Origin: Nitrososphaerota archaeon
GTDB taxonomy: Archaea > Thermoproteota > EX4484-205 > JAAOZP01
Assembly (NCBI GenBank): GCA_011605725.1
Contig: JAAOZP010000004.1
Span: forward strand, 128,001-192,000
Direction: 5' to 3'
Length of the DNA: 64,000 nt
In this document: positions 28,963 to 39,089 of the stretch, piece by piece
Layout: each line of letters opens with the position of its first letter
Position numbering within the stretch: the stretch's first letter is position 1
Notes under the pieces: generated by a model
The model's input: only the letters and a program-made list of their open reading frames with translations
Database searches by the model: none
What the model was told of the DNA's origin: nothing
Position numbers and translations under genes: made by a program

Positions 28963-29708
28963 CGCTTAACCATCCTCCTACGCAGCGTTTCCGGGAACCC
29001 TATCTGAACAGGGTCTGAACCCAGCGAGAACGCTGAAAGCTGGGCGAGATGGAGAACAGGAATCCGGCTTACCGGGTTCAGTCGAAGCATGCAGTGCGAA
29101 CATGTTGCGACGATGCAGTCTGCCCCAGCCTCCTCCGCCGAACCCGCCTTCAACCTAGCCATTTCCCCACTAATCTTCTCGTCTGAAACAAACCCGCCGC
29201 AACAGTCGAGCTCACGCTCGTAAGACACGGGAAGAAACCCAAGCATTTCAAGAACACTCTTAACAATCTTAGGATCCTCAGGATTATCCAAGCTTCTTCC
29301 AGAGGATCTTAGAAAACGACAACTGTGCTGAACCGCACACCTTAAACCTGTGAAGCCAAGCCGCGGCTTCACCTCTCTAAGCCTCTCCAGCAGCAGTGCT
29401 TGAAAGGGCTTCACCTCAGGAGGCTTAACACTCTTTCTCTCAGCGAGAATCGTGAAAGCGTCGCTAAGACTTGCGAAACAATCGTCGCAAGCCGTTACAA
29501 CAGTACTGTTTAAAAGCCTCATGTTCCTCTCGTTAAGCCTGAGCCAAGCCTCCCTGCTCAGGGAGAAGAACCAGCATGGGGCGCAGCATGACGCCTCAGG
29601 CTGCTCGACGAATGAGACACCTATCCTGCTAAGAGTCTCCTTAACAGCCTTCTCAACCTCAGGGTGGACAGTCCTTATGACGCAGCCCAAGTACAGGGTT
29701 AGACTCAT
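28959..29708 (-). CDS. hdrB: heterodisulfide reductase subunit B-like protein (CCG domains)
   Basis: YLGC, SCC, CDDC, CCGG and CSHC; lies between hdrC and hdrA. Confidence 0.82.
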   Translation of the reverse strand: MSLTLYLGCVIRTVHPEVEKAVKETLSRIGVSFVEQPEASCCAPCWFFSLSREAWLRLNERNMRLLNSTVVTACDDCFASLSDAFTILAERKSVKPPEVKPFQALLLERLREVKPRLGFTGLRCAVQHSCRFLRSSGRSLDNPEDPKIVKSVLEMLGFLPVSYERELDCCGGFVSDEKISGEMARLKAGSAEEAGADCIVATCSHCMLRLNPVSRIPVLHLAQLSAFSLGSDPVQIGFPETLRRRMVKR

Positions 29709-30151
29709 TTGAAACCAGCCTCCGACAGGATTCTACGGATCTCTCTTAAACCCTCGCTGCTCACACCAGCCTCAGGCAGTCCCAAGAGCCTCCTCTTCTC
29801 AACAGACCCTGGTGTAAACGGGAAGGCTAAGCCCGTCTCCTTCACCTGCTCAACCATCTTAAGGATGCTTGCAGGAGCCTCACCATTATTCTCATACAGG
29901 ACTTCTCTAAGAGCCATAATTATGCTGAAAGGGTTAACACCCTGGGGGCATCTTTCAGAACACAGGGAGCAGGTTGAGCAGAGCCACGGATCCTGGTCTG
30001 GAATCCTGTTGAACCTGGCTATTGATCCAACAATCCTGCGAGGATTGAAACCGTCACGGATAAGGTTAACTGGACAGGTGGAGGTGCATGAGCCGCACTG
30101 AATACATTTAAGAGGATTCCCTGCTCCCTTACTTCTTAACGTTTCAATCAA
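29705..30151 (-). CDS. hdrC: heterodisulfide reductase subunit C
   Basis: CIQCGSCTSTCP and WLCSTCSLCSERCPQG. Confidence 0.88.
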   Translation of the reverse strand: MIETLRSKGAGNPLKCIQCGSCTSTCPVNLIRDGFNPRRIVGSIARFNRIPDQDPWLCSTCSLCSERCPQGVNPFSIIMALREVLYENNGEAPASILKMVEQVKETGLAFPFTPGSVEKRRLLGLPEAGVSSEGLREIRRILSEAGFK

Positions 30152-30327
30152 TTCCTTTTTACCGTTTTCCTAGCGGGCTCAAACCTGTTTAAATATTTTG
30201 AGAAGCACCGCCGTTTCTAAACGGCAAATGCTTCAAGAGCATGCTCAGCCCCGAAAAACGGTTTAATACAGGACTTATATGGTTCGACATATGCCTGGGC
30301 CGCTGTCGCAATCAACAGCATCACCCG

Positions 30328-30336
30328 TAGCGCGCG
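30328..30336. repeat. GC junction motif TAGCGCGCG
   Basis: Between the hdr cluster and the stop of 30343-31521. Confidence 0.75.
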
Positions 30337-30342
30337 AGAAAG

Positions 30343-31521
30343 CTAGTACTCCGCGACCAGCCATATTGTAGAACCCTTGCCCACGCTTATCCTAAGAGTG
30401 CCAAGAGGGTTGTCCAGGGTTCTCCAGCCATGCTTAACCACTCTGAAAGCCTCTTCCACGAAATTCCCCTCTAAATGCTCCTTAATGCTCACAGCCTGCT
30501 GAACTCTGACCGTCAGAGTTCTTCCAGACGGGCAGGACACTCCGAGGAACACTCTCCTCGCGCCCAGGAGATCGTATAAGGGAGGATTATTAACAGTCTT
30601 CTCGTCGAACACCAGCTTGTCGCACATCCTCCCGTAGGTTCTAGCGTCGAAAATATTGAAACCCGGTTCCCAGACCCAGATCTCATGCCTCCACTGCCTG
30701 CTGTAGTCTACAATTGGAAACGGAGGCGTGTGGGACATGAAGAGGCTGAGGAGAACCTTAGGCTTGCCGTCAGGGCCAGTCGTGAAGGAAGGGTGGCCGA
30801 AGTTGCTGTGGCCGTCGTTGAAAGACACAGGCAGGCTAGCGCTCAACCCCCTTACGTTTGGAGCAAGATAGTTCCCGGACATGGCTATCCGCGACCTCCA
30901 GTTCTGCTTGTCTGAGAAATACTCCACGAGAACACCGAACCTGTTGTTAACCCTGAAAGCATCTATAACGTCGTTAGAACCCTCCCAGCCGGAGAAAACC
31001 ATTTCTTCACAAAGCTCCAGAGCGTTCAAGTCGTCAAAATGCTTCACAAGCCGCCAGAGAACCCTGTCCCCCTTTGGGTAGAATATTGCCGCATTCGGGT
31101 TCTGCTCACTATAGTTTCCCATCAAGGTTAGTAGGCCTGCTCCAGAATCCTGCATTCCTTCCAGCAGCTTTCTCGAGCCGAGCTCCCTTAAACCCCTGTC
31201 GAAAAACCTGATTTGCAATGGCCCGCCTTCAGTCGTGAGAACGGTGAAACCGTCTCTCCAAGGATCGTAAATCGCGTTGACAGCATCCCTCGTAGGCGGT
31301 GACGAAAGTATCCTTCTGACTCTGTTAACAGTCATATCTTTCTCAACCTCAGCGAAAAAGACTTCTCTAGAGTTAGCGTTCCTCCAACCCGTGAAGAAGA
31401 GGACCCAGCTTCCCGTCTCAGGATCGTAAACCATCCTCGGTGTTCCAACCCCGCCAGCAATATCCGGAATGCTATCCCTGTACCTGGACGGAACTATCAA
31501 CGGGTAGACTCTTCCAGTCAT
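30343..31521 (-). CDS. hypothetical protein, possible beta-propeller glycoside hydrolase-like fold
   Basis: Long ORF with repeated P-x-hydrophobic-DP-x-W beta-blade-like segments. Confidence 0.65.
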   Translation of the reverse strand: MTGRVYPLIVPSRYRDSIPDIAGGVGTPRMVYDPETGSWVLFFTGWRNANSREVFFAEVEKDMTVNRVRRILSSPPTRDAVNAIYDPWRDGFTVLTTEGGPLQIRFFDRGLRELGSRKLLEGMQDSGAGLLTLMGNYSEQNPNAAIFYPKGDRVLWRLVKHFDDLNALELCEEMVFSGWEGSNDVIDAFRVNNRFGVLVEYFSDKQNWRSRIAMSGNYLAPNVRGLSASLPVSFNDGHSNFGHPSFTTGPDGKPKVLLSLFMSHTPPFPIVDYSRQWRHEIWVWEPGFNIFDARTYGRMCDKLVFDEKTVNNPPLYDLLGARRVFLGVSCPSGRTLTVRVQQAVSIKEHLEGNFVEEAFRVVKHGWRTLDNPLGTLRISVGKGSTIWLVAEY

Positions 31522-31628
31522 GCAAACACATTGAGAAAAACGTTTGAGAACTTATAAACATAGCTTTTGCAAGATTTAAACAGCCACATCCTGAAAGGTT
31601 AATATATAGAGAGAGGTTTCCACACGTC

Positions 31629-32834
31629 ATGGAACCCGGCCCGCTGGCTAGGAGGCTTGTCGACAAGATTTTTTCAGAGGAGAGAACTGTAGCCGGGCTC
31701 ATGTCTGGGACGAGTGCTGACGGTGTTGACGTGGTTGCCGTAAGATTGAAGGGTCATGGTAAAGAAGTCAGACATAGGGTTCTCCATAAGGATACTGTAC
31801 CATATCCCGGTGAGCTTAGGAAGTACATACTGGATTCTGTTGAAAAGGGCTCTGTCCACGATGCATGCCTCCTAAACTATCTTGTGGCTGAAGCATTTTC
31901 AAACGCTTTGAAGGATTCTATAGAGTGCTCGAGTATCCGTCTCAGCGAGATTGACCTAATAGGGTCGCACGGGCAGACGGTGCACCATTTTCCGGAGTAC
32001 GTTTCCCTCGGAGGGTTTTCAAGTAGGTGTTCTCTCCAACTAGGGTCAGTTCAAGTCATAGCTGAGAGAACAGGCGTGACGACAGTAGGGAACTTCAGGG
32101 TAAGGGATATTGCAGCCGGGGGGCAGGGGGCTCCGATAATAGCCTACGTTGACTACTCTTTACTCTCAGACCCAAGGAAGGGGAGGCTCGTGCAGAACAT
32201 AGGAGGCATAGCCAACGTAACCGTGCTCCCCGCAGACTCTGGAGTCGGAAACGTATACGCTTTCGACACGGGCCCTGGAAACAGCCTGATAGACTTTGCA
32301 GTAGCGATGCTGTATCCAGGTTTAACCTATGATCCTGAGGGCGAAATCGCTTCCAAGGGTTCCTGCGACGAGGAGGTTTTGAAAGAACTCATGGCCCACG
32401 AATACGTTGCCAAGCCGCCTCCGAAAACCACTGGAAGAGAAGTTTTCAGCAGCTCTCTCGCCAAAAGGATTGTTGAGAAAGGGCTTGGTAAAGGCCTTTC
32501 TAAGGAGGATGTTGTCGCTACTTTGACGATGTTCACCGTTAAAAGCATTGTTAAAAACTATGATCTTTTCATACTACCGAGGGTTAGGGTTGAGGAGGTT
32601 ATCGTTGGGGGAGGAGGTGCTAGGAACAGGACTCTCATGAAGTATCTCGAAGAGGAATTGGAGGAAAGAGGCCTGAGGCTGCTTAGACACGAGGATGTGG
32701 GAATCGACTCAAAGATTAAGGAGGCCCTTGGCATGGCTGTGCTCGCACACGCCACTCTAAGTGGTGTCCCCAACAATATACCTGGAGCCACTGGGGCTGG
32801 GAGAAGCGTTGTAATGGGGGAGATCGCCCTATAG
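31629..32834 (+). CDS. anmK: anhydro-N-acetylmuramic acid kinase
   Basis: GLMSGTSADGVD, GSHGQT, DIAAGGQGAP, NIGGIAN, FDTGPGN, PKTTGRE and KEA motifs. Confidence 0.92.
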   Translation: MEPGPLARRLVDKIFSEERTVAGLMSGTSADGVDVVAVRLKGHGKEVRHRVLHKDTVPYPGELRKYILDSVEKGSVHDACLLNYLVAEAFSNALKDSIECSSIRLSEIDLIGSHGQTVHHFPEYVSLGGFSSRCSLQLGSVQVIAERTGVTTVGNFRVRDIAAGGQGAPIIAYVDYSLLSDPRKGRLVQNIGGIANVTVLPADSGVGNVYAFDTGPGNSLIDFAVAMLYPGLTYDPEGEIASKGSCDEEVLKELMAHEYVAKPPPKTTGREVFSSSLAKRIVEKGLGKGLSKEDVVATLTMFTVKSIVKNYDLFILPRVRVEEVIVGGGGARNRTLMKYLEEELEERGLRLLRHEDVGIDSKIKEALGMAVLAHATLSGVPNNIPGATGAGRSVVMGEIAL

Positions 32835-33911
32835 GGAGGACACTAATAGGTTGTGGAAAACAGGTCTAAACCTCATTATCTTATTGTTCTCCCTGCTTGG
32901 GTGGACCCTGTTGCTTAAAAGGACAGCTACAAGCTTTTGCTCAACATCTATGCATATCGAGGTCCCTGTGAAACCCGTGTGACCGAAAGCCCTCCCATCC
33001 GTCATCAGGTCTCCAAATGCCTGTGTAACCGTCTTCCTGTAGACTTGCCACCCAAGCCCGTAGCAGTAATCGTCACCAACCCATGGGCTGAGCATTGTCG
33101 CCGCAGTAGCCTTTTTAACTAGGCAGTCGCTTTTACCAAGGTAGGCTTGAAGCAGTTGGTTCCCCACCAGCCCGACCTCTTTCGAAACGGAGAATAGTCC
33201 AGCATGACCCGACAACCCGCCCAGTGCCCTAGCGTTCTCATCGTGGACAACCCCGGTCAGGGGGAGGCCGGTCGCAGGATCGGTTTCCGTCGAAGCAATC
33301 TCGTTCTCTGAGAATCCATGGCTCAGAGGATTGTAAACCGTCTTTCTCAAGCCCAGGGGTTTAGCGACGAGCTTCTCGAAAAGCCTGTCTATCCTTTCCC
33401 CAGCGACTCTCTCCAGTATCGCTGTGAGAACAATGTAGCCTATGTCGCTGTAGACGACATTCGACCCCGGTGGACAGTTGATGAATGATCTCGCAGCCTC
33501 CTCGAGAAGCTCCTCCCTACTGCTCTTGCCCAGCTTGTATAATGGGGCCCACGCAGGGAGGCCGGCGGAGTGAGAGAGCAGCATCCATATCTCTGTCCTG
33601 CTTTTAAGCTCATCATGCCCTGCATTAGTTGCAGAGTATTCCGGCAGAACTTCTGAAACCCTCTGCTTCAAGTGCAGAAGACCCTCCTCCATAAGCCTGG
33701 CGGTAACGATCGATGCAGCAAGAGGTTTAGTTAAGGAGGCAAGGTCATACAGCGTCTCTATAGAGGTGTTTCTTCTCGAAGGAACAGTCTCGGCATATCC
33801 GAAAGCCTCCTCGTAAACAAGCTTATCGTCCTTATAGACCGCTACTGAAGCTCCTGGGAAAACGTCATTAACAGCATTGGCGAGAGCTATCCTTAGGCTG
33901 TCGAAGCTCAT
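32829..33911 (-). CDS. beta-lactamase-family serine hydrolase (AmiE/AmpC-like)
   Basis: LASLTK (SxxK), YSD, GVVHDENA, GHAGLF, HTGFTG and LSNRVHP. Confidence 0.88.
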   Translation of the reverse strand: MSFDSLRIALANAVNDVFPGASVAVYKDDKLVYEEAFGYAETVPSRRNTSIETLYDLASLTKPLAASIVTARLMEEGLLHLKQRVSEVLPEYSATNAGHDELKSRTEIWMLLSHSAGLPAWAPLYKLGKSSREELLEEAARSFINCPPGSNVVYSDIGYIVLTAILERVAGERIDRLFEKLVAKPLGLRKTVYNPLSHGFSENEIASTETDPATGLPLTGVVHDENARALGGLSGHAGLFSVSKEVGLVGNQLLQAYLGKSDCLVKKATAATMLSPWVGDDYCYGLGWQVYRKTVTQAFGDLMTDGRAFGHTGFTGTSICIDVEQKLVAVLLSNRVHPSRENNKIMRFRPVFHNLLVSSL

Positions 33912-34048
33912 TGCTCTGAGAGTTTTTAATCGAACCCACTACCTTATATTATTTGTGGCAGAAGCGCATCTGTTTATCCCTAAACAAACAGGGATTCTAT
34001 TCCTGTTCGCGGAGAGAGCGCGTTAAACTTAAGGAGACACAGTGTTTC

Positions 34049-35056
34049 TCATTGAGGATTGAAGCATGCGACGAAACGGCGGTTCCGGAGTTCTGCTAGT
34101 GGAGGAGTTTTCTTGCTGCATTCTTCGGTCCTGAATGGGCAACGCGGATGAAATCGACAGCCTTTAGGAGGATCTATAGCGCTTGCTATTTCTCCTGTTG
34201 CTCCCAATCTTCTTTTAGGCCGGTCGCCAAAGCCGAAGCTTGCAGAAGCCGATAGTAGGAGCTGTGAATATGGATGAAACTGGTGACTCATGAAGTCTTC
34301 TATCGGAGCTATCTCCATTATTTTTCCAAGGTACATTACTATTATTCTATCGCAAGTATAATATGCTACGCGAAGGTCATGTGTCGTAAGCAAGTATGTT
34401 AAGCCGTATTGATTCTTTAGTTCCATCAAAAGATTAAGAATACCCGACCTAATGCTGAGGTCAAGCATTGAAACGGGCTCGTCTGCTATGAGGAACTGTG
34501 GCTTAACGGCTAATGCTCTGGCTATTGCAACTCTTTGCCTTTCACCCCCACTAAGTTCATGCGGGTATTTATCTATAGCATCTTCAGAAAGACCGACACT
34601 TCTCAGCAGATCGATACAGTATTCTCTTATCTTATTCTTGTCTTTAACAATACCTTGTACGCGCAGTGGGAATGCTATCGTTGAGAAAACAGTTAGGCGC
34701 GGGTTTAACGATCCGTAAGGATCTTGAAAGATCATCTGAACCATCCTTCTATAGTTTTTCAAATCCTTGCCACGAAGAGACATGATATCCCTCCCCTGGA
34801 AAAGGACCTTGCCCTCAGTCGGAGGTGTGAGCCTTGCGATAACCCTTCCAATCGTAGTTTTGCCGCTCCCGCTCTCCCCAACAAGGCCGAGTACTTCACC
34901 AGAATCTATGAAGAATGATACATCGTCCACTGCATAAACATATTTTCTCCTGATAAGACTACTTGTCTGGGCTGGGAAATACACTTTAAGATTTTTTATT
35001 TCAAATAAATGAGGGTTTTTGCTTAAAAAACTAGCATTGCTCGCTTTCTCCATCAT
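34049..35056 (-). CDS. oligopeptide/sugar ABC transporter ATP-binding subunit (OppF/DppF)
   Basis: GESGSGKT, LSGGERQR, ADEP and GCRFHPRCP. Confidence 0.92.
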   Translation of the reverse strand: MMEKASNASFLSKNPHLFEIKNLKVYFPAQTSSLIRRKYVYAVDDVSFFIDSGEVLGLVGESGSGKTTIGRVIARLTPPTEGKVLFQGRDIMSLRGKDLKNYRRMVQMIFQDPYGSLNPRLTVFSTIAFPLRVQGIVKDKNKIREYCIDLLRSVGLSEDAIDKYPHELSGGERQRVAIARALAVKPQFLIADEPVSMLDLSIRSGILNLLMELKNQYGLTYLLTTHDLRVAYYTCDRIIVMYLGKIMEIAPIEDFMSHQFHPYSQLLLSASASFGFGDRPKRRLGATGEIASAIDPPKGCRFHPRCPFRTEECSKKTPPLAELRNRRFVACFNPQ

Positions 35057-36012
35057 GAAACCACCTTATGGCAGGCAACATAGTGGCCTTGCCCCACTTC
35101 AATAAACTCTGGTTTTTTGCTAAAGCATCTTTCCATGGCGATTGGGCAACGTGGCCTGAATCTACATCCTTTGATTTCAGCAGCAAGGTCAGGGGGAGAC
35201 CCGGGTATTGACCAGAGTTTCTCTCCTCTACGCGTAAGGCTCATTAAAGACTTGACTAAACCATCCGTATAAGGGTGAAGCGGGTTTGAAAGGAGGCTCT
35301 TCGTATCAGCCATTTCCACAAGCATTCCAGAGTACATTACTGCAATCCTATTGCTGAATTCGGCAAGAGTTGAGAGATCGTGAGTAATAAATAGTACTGA
35401 GAGACCAAACCTCTTCTTCATATCCCAAAGCACCTCTAGAACCTGTCTTGCAACCACCACATCCAGTGCCGTTGTAGGCTCATCGGCAATCAAGAGAACA
35501 GGGTTTAGAGCAAGAGCCATAGCTATGATCGCTCTTTGACGCATACCGCCGCTATACTGGTGAGGATAATCGTTCGCCCTTGACTCATCTATACCTACAA
35601 GAGAAAGTAGTTGCTTAGCTCTTGATATTGCATCACGCTTAGACACACTTTCATGCACCATAATCGCCTCAGCTATCTGATCGCTGACCCTATGCACAGG
35701 GTTTAAGCAGTTCATTGCATTTTGAAAGATCATTGATACTTTCTTCCACCGATAAGCTCTCAAATCCTCTTCCTTAAGGTTCAAAACATCTATACCGTCA
35801 CAAACAATTCTTCCACCTATTATCTTCCCAGGTGGCTTAATCAATCTCAGAATCGCGTAGGCAGTTGTACTTTTCCCACAACCAGATTCCCCGGCAAGAC
35901 CAAAAACTTCTCCTCTATCAACGTGAAATGTAACACCGTCAACAGCCTTAACCTCGCCTTTTCGAGTGAAGAAGCTTACGTGCAAATCTTGGATAGAGAG
36001 CACCTGACTCAT
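35053..36012 (-). CDS. oligopeptide/sugar ABC transporter ATP-binding subunit (OppD/DppD)
   Basis: GESGCGKS, YSGGMRQR and ADEPTTALD. Confidence 0.92.
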   Translation of the reverse strand: MSQVLSIQDLHVSFFTRKGEVKAVDGVTFHVDRGEVFGLAGESGCGKSTTAYAILRLIKPPGKIIGGRIVCDGIDVLNLKEEDLRAYRWKKVSMIFQNAMNCLNPVHRVSDQIAEAIMVHESVSKRDAISRAKQLLSLVGIDESRANDYPHQYSGGMRQRAIIAMALALNPVLLIADEPTTALDVVVARQVLEVLWDMKKRFGLSVLFITHDLSTLAEFSNRIAVMYSGMLVEMADTKSLLSNPLHPYTDGLVKSLMSLTRRGEKLWSIPGSPPDLAAEIKGCRFRPRCPIAMERCFSKKPEFIEVGQGHYVACHKVVS

Positions 36013-36017
36013 TTTTC

Positions 36018-36529
36018 TCAGTAGCTCCTGAGCCTCGGATTAGCGATAGTATTTATTGCAGAACCAAGCAAGTGTATCCCTAAACCGATCAGTGCAATGC
36101 ACAAGCCTGGTGCCGTGACCCAAGCCCAGCCCATGTTATACACAGCTCCCCCCATGTTTGCAAAGTATATTACAGTCCCCCAACTCATTTGGGAAGGGTC
36201 TCCTAGACCAAGAAAGCTGAGGGATGCCTCTGACATGATTCCTGAGATGATCGTCAATATCGCATTTGCCATCACAAGTGGCAGTATGTTAGGCAATATA
36301 ATAGAAAAGGTTATTCGAAGTTGACTGGCACCACTCATCCTTGCAGCATCAACATATGCTCTTTGCTTGACAGTTAAGGCTTCAGATCTAACTATTCTAG
36401 CCATTGCGGGCCAACCGAATGCCGAAAGAACTATAATAATGTTGAAAACACCCCGGCCTAACAATGCCGCAGTGAAGATCGTTAATGGAAGCTTCGGTAT
36501 TATTATGAGCACATCACAGAACCTCATGA
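36018..36529 (-). pseudogene. 5'-truncated DppC/OppC permease
   Basis: Begins mid-protein (LMRFCDVLIIIP); has the EAA-like loop and EASLSFLGLG; N-terminal half missing, cut at the (GC)6 tract. Confidence 0.82.
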
Positions 36530-36543
36530 GCGCGCGCGCGCTA
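36529..36543. repeat. GC junction motif AGCGCGCGCGCGCTA, (GC)6
   Basis: Joins two divergent 5'-truncated genes. Confidence 0.9.
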
Positions 36544-36944
36544 TTATTGCAAATGATTTTTCACCTAATCCGGATGATTATGAATCAGTGGTTAAGGCGC
36601 TGGGACAGGATTGGATCTCTTGGGTTAATGAGGGCCTACTAGACTTCGCTGAGCCTATGATATACTGGACCGAACCAAAGGATTTTGGAACGATTGTTAG
36701 AAATCTGATGAACAGGATAAGAGATAAGAGTTTTCCAATATATCCTGGTATCTTAGTGTCGAACGACTACGTTATTGAACCTAATAAGGTGATGGAGTAC
36801 GCCAAGAAGTCCATTGATGCTTCAGGTTCTGGAATTACACTGTTCCAGTATGCCAGCTGGTGTGCCTCTCATAGGAGGTCCTTAGGGCTACCTGAGATAA
36901 GGGACTATGATCAAGAACTTATCAGGTTAAGGGAATTACAATAA
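36543..36944 (+). pseudogene. 5'-truncated glycoside hydrolase-like (DUF187/GHL10) C-terminal fragment
   Basis: Frame is open from the (GC)6 tract; GQDWISWVNEGLLDFAEPMIY matches the QDWxxWxxxGxxDxxxPxxY motif. Confidence 0.65.
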
Positions 36945-37076
36945 CTGACATCATCCTTTAAGTCAAAACATCCATGAAATAACTTGCTATGCTTAACTAG
37001 TGGGGCAAGCCCGGTAAAATAGCAAGATTATCATCTGACAACTTAGCGTGCTTACAAGCTGTGCATCAATCTTCTT

Positions 37077-39089
37077 CTATCTGCACCTATACAATATAAG
37101 CGTCGAATCAGGATTCTTAGCCAAATGAACCTTAAGCCCCTCATCCATGAGTTCCTTACCGGTCAGGGTTCTCTTCTCCCCCGTGTCCAGATCAGTTATT
37201 TCATAATGAGCATCAGGCTGTAGTTCACGAAGCCTGAAGACAGCGTCAGTCAAAGGGCTTAAGCGACGTTTCAGCACTACTACCAGTCCCTCAGCTAAAT
37301 CAGGGCGATCAAGCTGGTACGCCATCCAAGCCTCTTCAGACTGAGTGTAAGGGGTTAGCGGATAATAGTCGCCATAATAAAACTTTCTAATACTTAAGTA
37401 CTGGTTGAGCTTCTTTCTCACCGAGTTGAAAACCGTTTCTCCCCCAGAGATACTTTCTTCAATTCCTAGAGTAAAAACCATGCTTGCGCACATTACACTA
37501 CGGAACGCGTAGTCGTCAGCCTTCGCCATGTTTAAACCTCCTGCTCCGAAAAGCGGTATCCAAAGGAGTAGACCGTAAACATGACACTGGTTTGCAACAG
37601 GCCCGTCTATGAAATCCGTAGACCAAAATGGCGTGCTTCGTCCAATCGTTTCCAAGTCGATTCGACGACCCCCGCTTGCACAATTATCTATAATAAGATT
37701 AGGATGCTTTTGAAGAAGATCGTCCCAGAAAGCGTAAAGCCCTTCCACGTATCTGATTTCAGTAATCCCCTGCCTGTCTTCAGAGTCCGCATTACGCCAG
37801 AACCTTAATGGAGCAATATTAGCGTCATGCCTGTAGCAATCAATATGGAATTCAGCAATCCGATTCGAGATGAAATCCGTGAGGAAGCGGCGCGCCTCAG
37901 GATTACCAAGGTTAAACAGCGCGTCTCCTTCAGCAATCTGGTTCCGACGGCTTTCGAAGAAAACCCATGCTGGATCATTCTTGTCAAAGTAGTGCGGCCA
38001 GCTGAAAACCGTGTCCACACTTTTAATCTTAAGCAGCCAGTTGCAATGCTCACGATACCAGGGCGTATCTTTGCAGACTCGTTCAGGCTCAAACCAGAGT
38101 GAAAGCTTACGCCCAGATTTATGAAGCGTGGCAGCGATTTCTTTAAAGCCCTCCGGATAAAGATCCTCCCTAACCTCCCAGTTTCCCACGTTTTTCCACC
38201 AAGGTTGGCCTCCAAACCACTCCGCATCGATCCAGTAATATTCAACTGGAAGATCGTGATTAATTATTTTCCCTATAGTATCTAAATGGGTTTTTGCAGG
38301 AGTCCCACCCCAGCTTGAGAAAAATACTGGTGCAACTAGTGGTTTACCGTCTACGGAAGGACGGTGGTGAGTGAGAATAAATCGCCGCAACATGTTTTGA
38401 CCACGCATCCAATCCTTGCTCCAGAATAGCAGTAGAATTCGTGGAGACCTGATTTCCTCACCCGGGTAAAGCCTTAGATTCGTAGTCTCCATGCCGGCCT
38501 GCAAACGCAACTCGTTTCCACTGCTACGTTTGAACAGTGCTGCCCACTCGCCAGTCCAGCCGATCGCAAGTATTACGCCTTCCTCCTCCATTTCAATATT
38601 GAAAAACGGTAGGAATTCGCTGGAGGACCGTCCGCCACCGGGTCGAAGCAAGAATTCTTCGTCAAGATTAAGGTCTTTCTGAATAGGCATAAAATCGTCA
38701 ATTGAGGCGAGAGCACCTTTAGCATAATGAAGAGTAAACCGGTTTCTCTGACAATGCATTACGACATCCAGTGCCTGAATGCTCTTGATAATCGGCGTAG
38801 TTTCCACAGAAGCATTCTTAAAGTATAAAACCCATTCTAATGCTGGAAAATCACGATACTCGATTAAGATACATCTTACCTGTAACCCTGTCTCACTATC
38901 GTTATGAAGCATCACGTGTTCAATGCGTTCACCGTCCAGCTGCCGCGTGGCATGCGCGAAATCCCAGTTCCTCAATAGATCTTTAGAAAACCTGCCACCA
39001 TACGTGAATGAGAACGGAGGATCTGTACCGGATATAAACCTGGTTAAAACCCGTTGCACAGCAGCCGTTTCAACAGGAGAAACATTCAT
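37077..39089 (-). CDS. alpha-galactosidase (GH36-like)
   Basis: WIDAEWF, LWFEPE, YRHDAN and IDNCASGGRRID motifs. Confidence 0.85.
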   Translation of the reverse strand: MNVSPVETAAVQRVLTRFISGTDPPFSFTYGGRFSKDLLRNWDFAHATRQLDGERIEHVMLHNDSETGLQVRCILIEYRDFPALEWVLYFKNASVETTPIIKSIQALDVVMHCQRNRFTLHYAKGALASIDDFMPIQKDLNLDEEFLLRPGGGRSSSEFLPFFNIEMEEEGVILAIGWTGEWAALFKRSSGNELRLQAGMETTNLRLYPGEEIRSPRILLLFWSKDWMRGQNMLRRFILTHHRPSVDGKPLVAPVFFSSWGGTPAKTHLDTIGKIINHDLPVEYYWIDAEWFGGQPWWKNVGNWEVREDLYPEGFKEIAATLHKSGRKLSLWFEPERVCKDTPWYREHCNWLLKIKSVDTVFSWPHYFDKNDPAWVFFESRRNQIAEGDALFNLGNPEARRFLTDFISNRIAEFHIDCYRHDANIAPLRFWRNADSEDRQGITEIRYVEGLYAFWDDLLQKHPNLIIDNCASGGRRIDLETIGRSTPFWSTDFIDGPVANQCHVYGLLLWIPLFGAGGLNMAKADDYAFRSVMCASMVFTLGIEESISGGETVFNSVRKKLNQYLSIRKFYYGDYYPLTPYTQSEEAWMAYQLDRPDLAEGLVVVLKRRLSPLTDAVFRLRELQPDAHYEITDLDTGEKRTLTGKELMDEGLKVHLAKNPDSTLILYRCR

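Noticed and set aside
5023-37895. GCGCGC hexamers inside intact CDSs (5023, 12709, 37890)
   Set aside because: They are short, lack an immediately flanking TA, lie in uninterrupted coding sequence and are compatible with chance, so they were not counted as junction sites.
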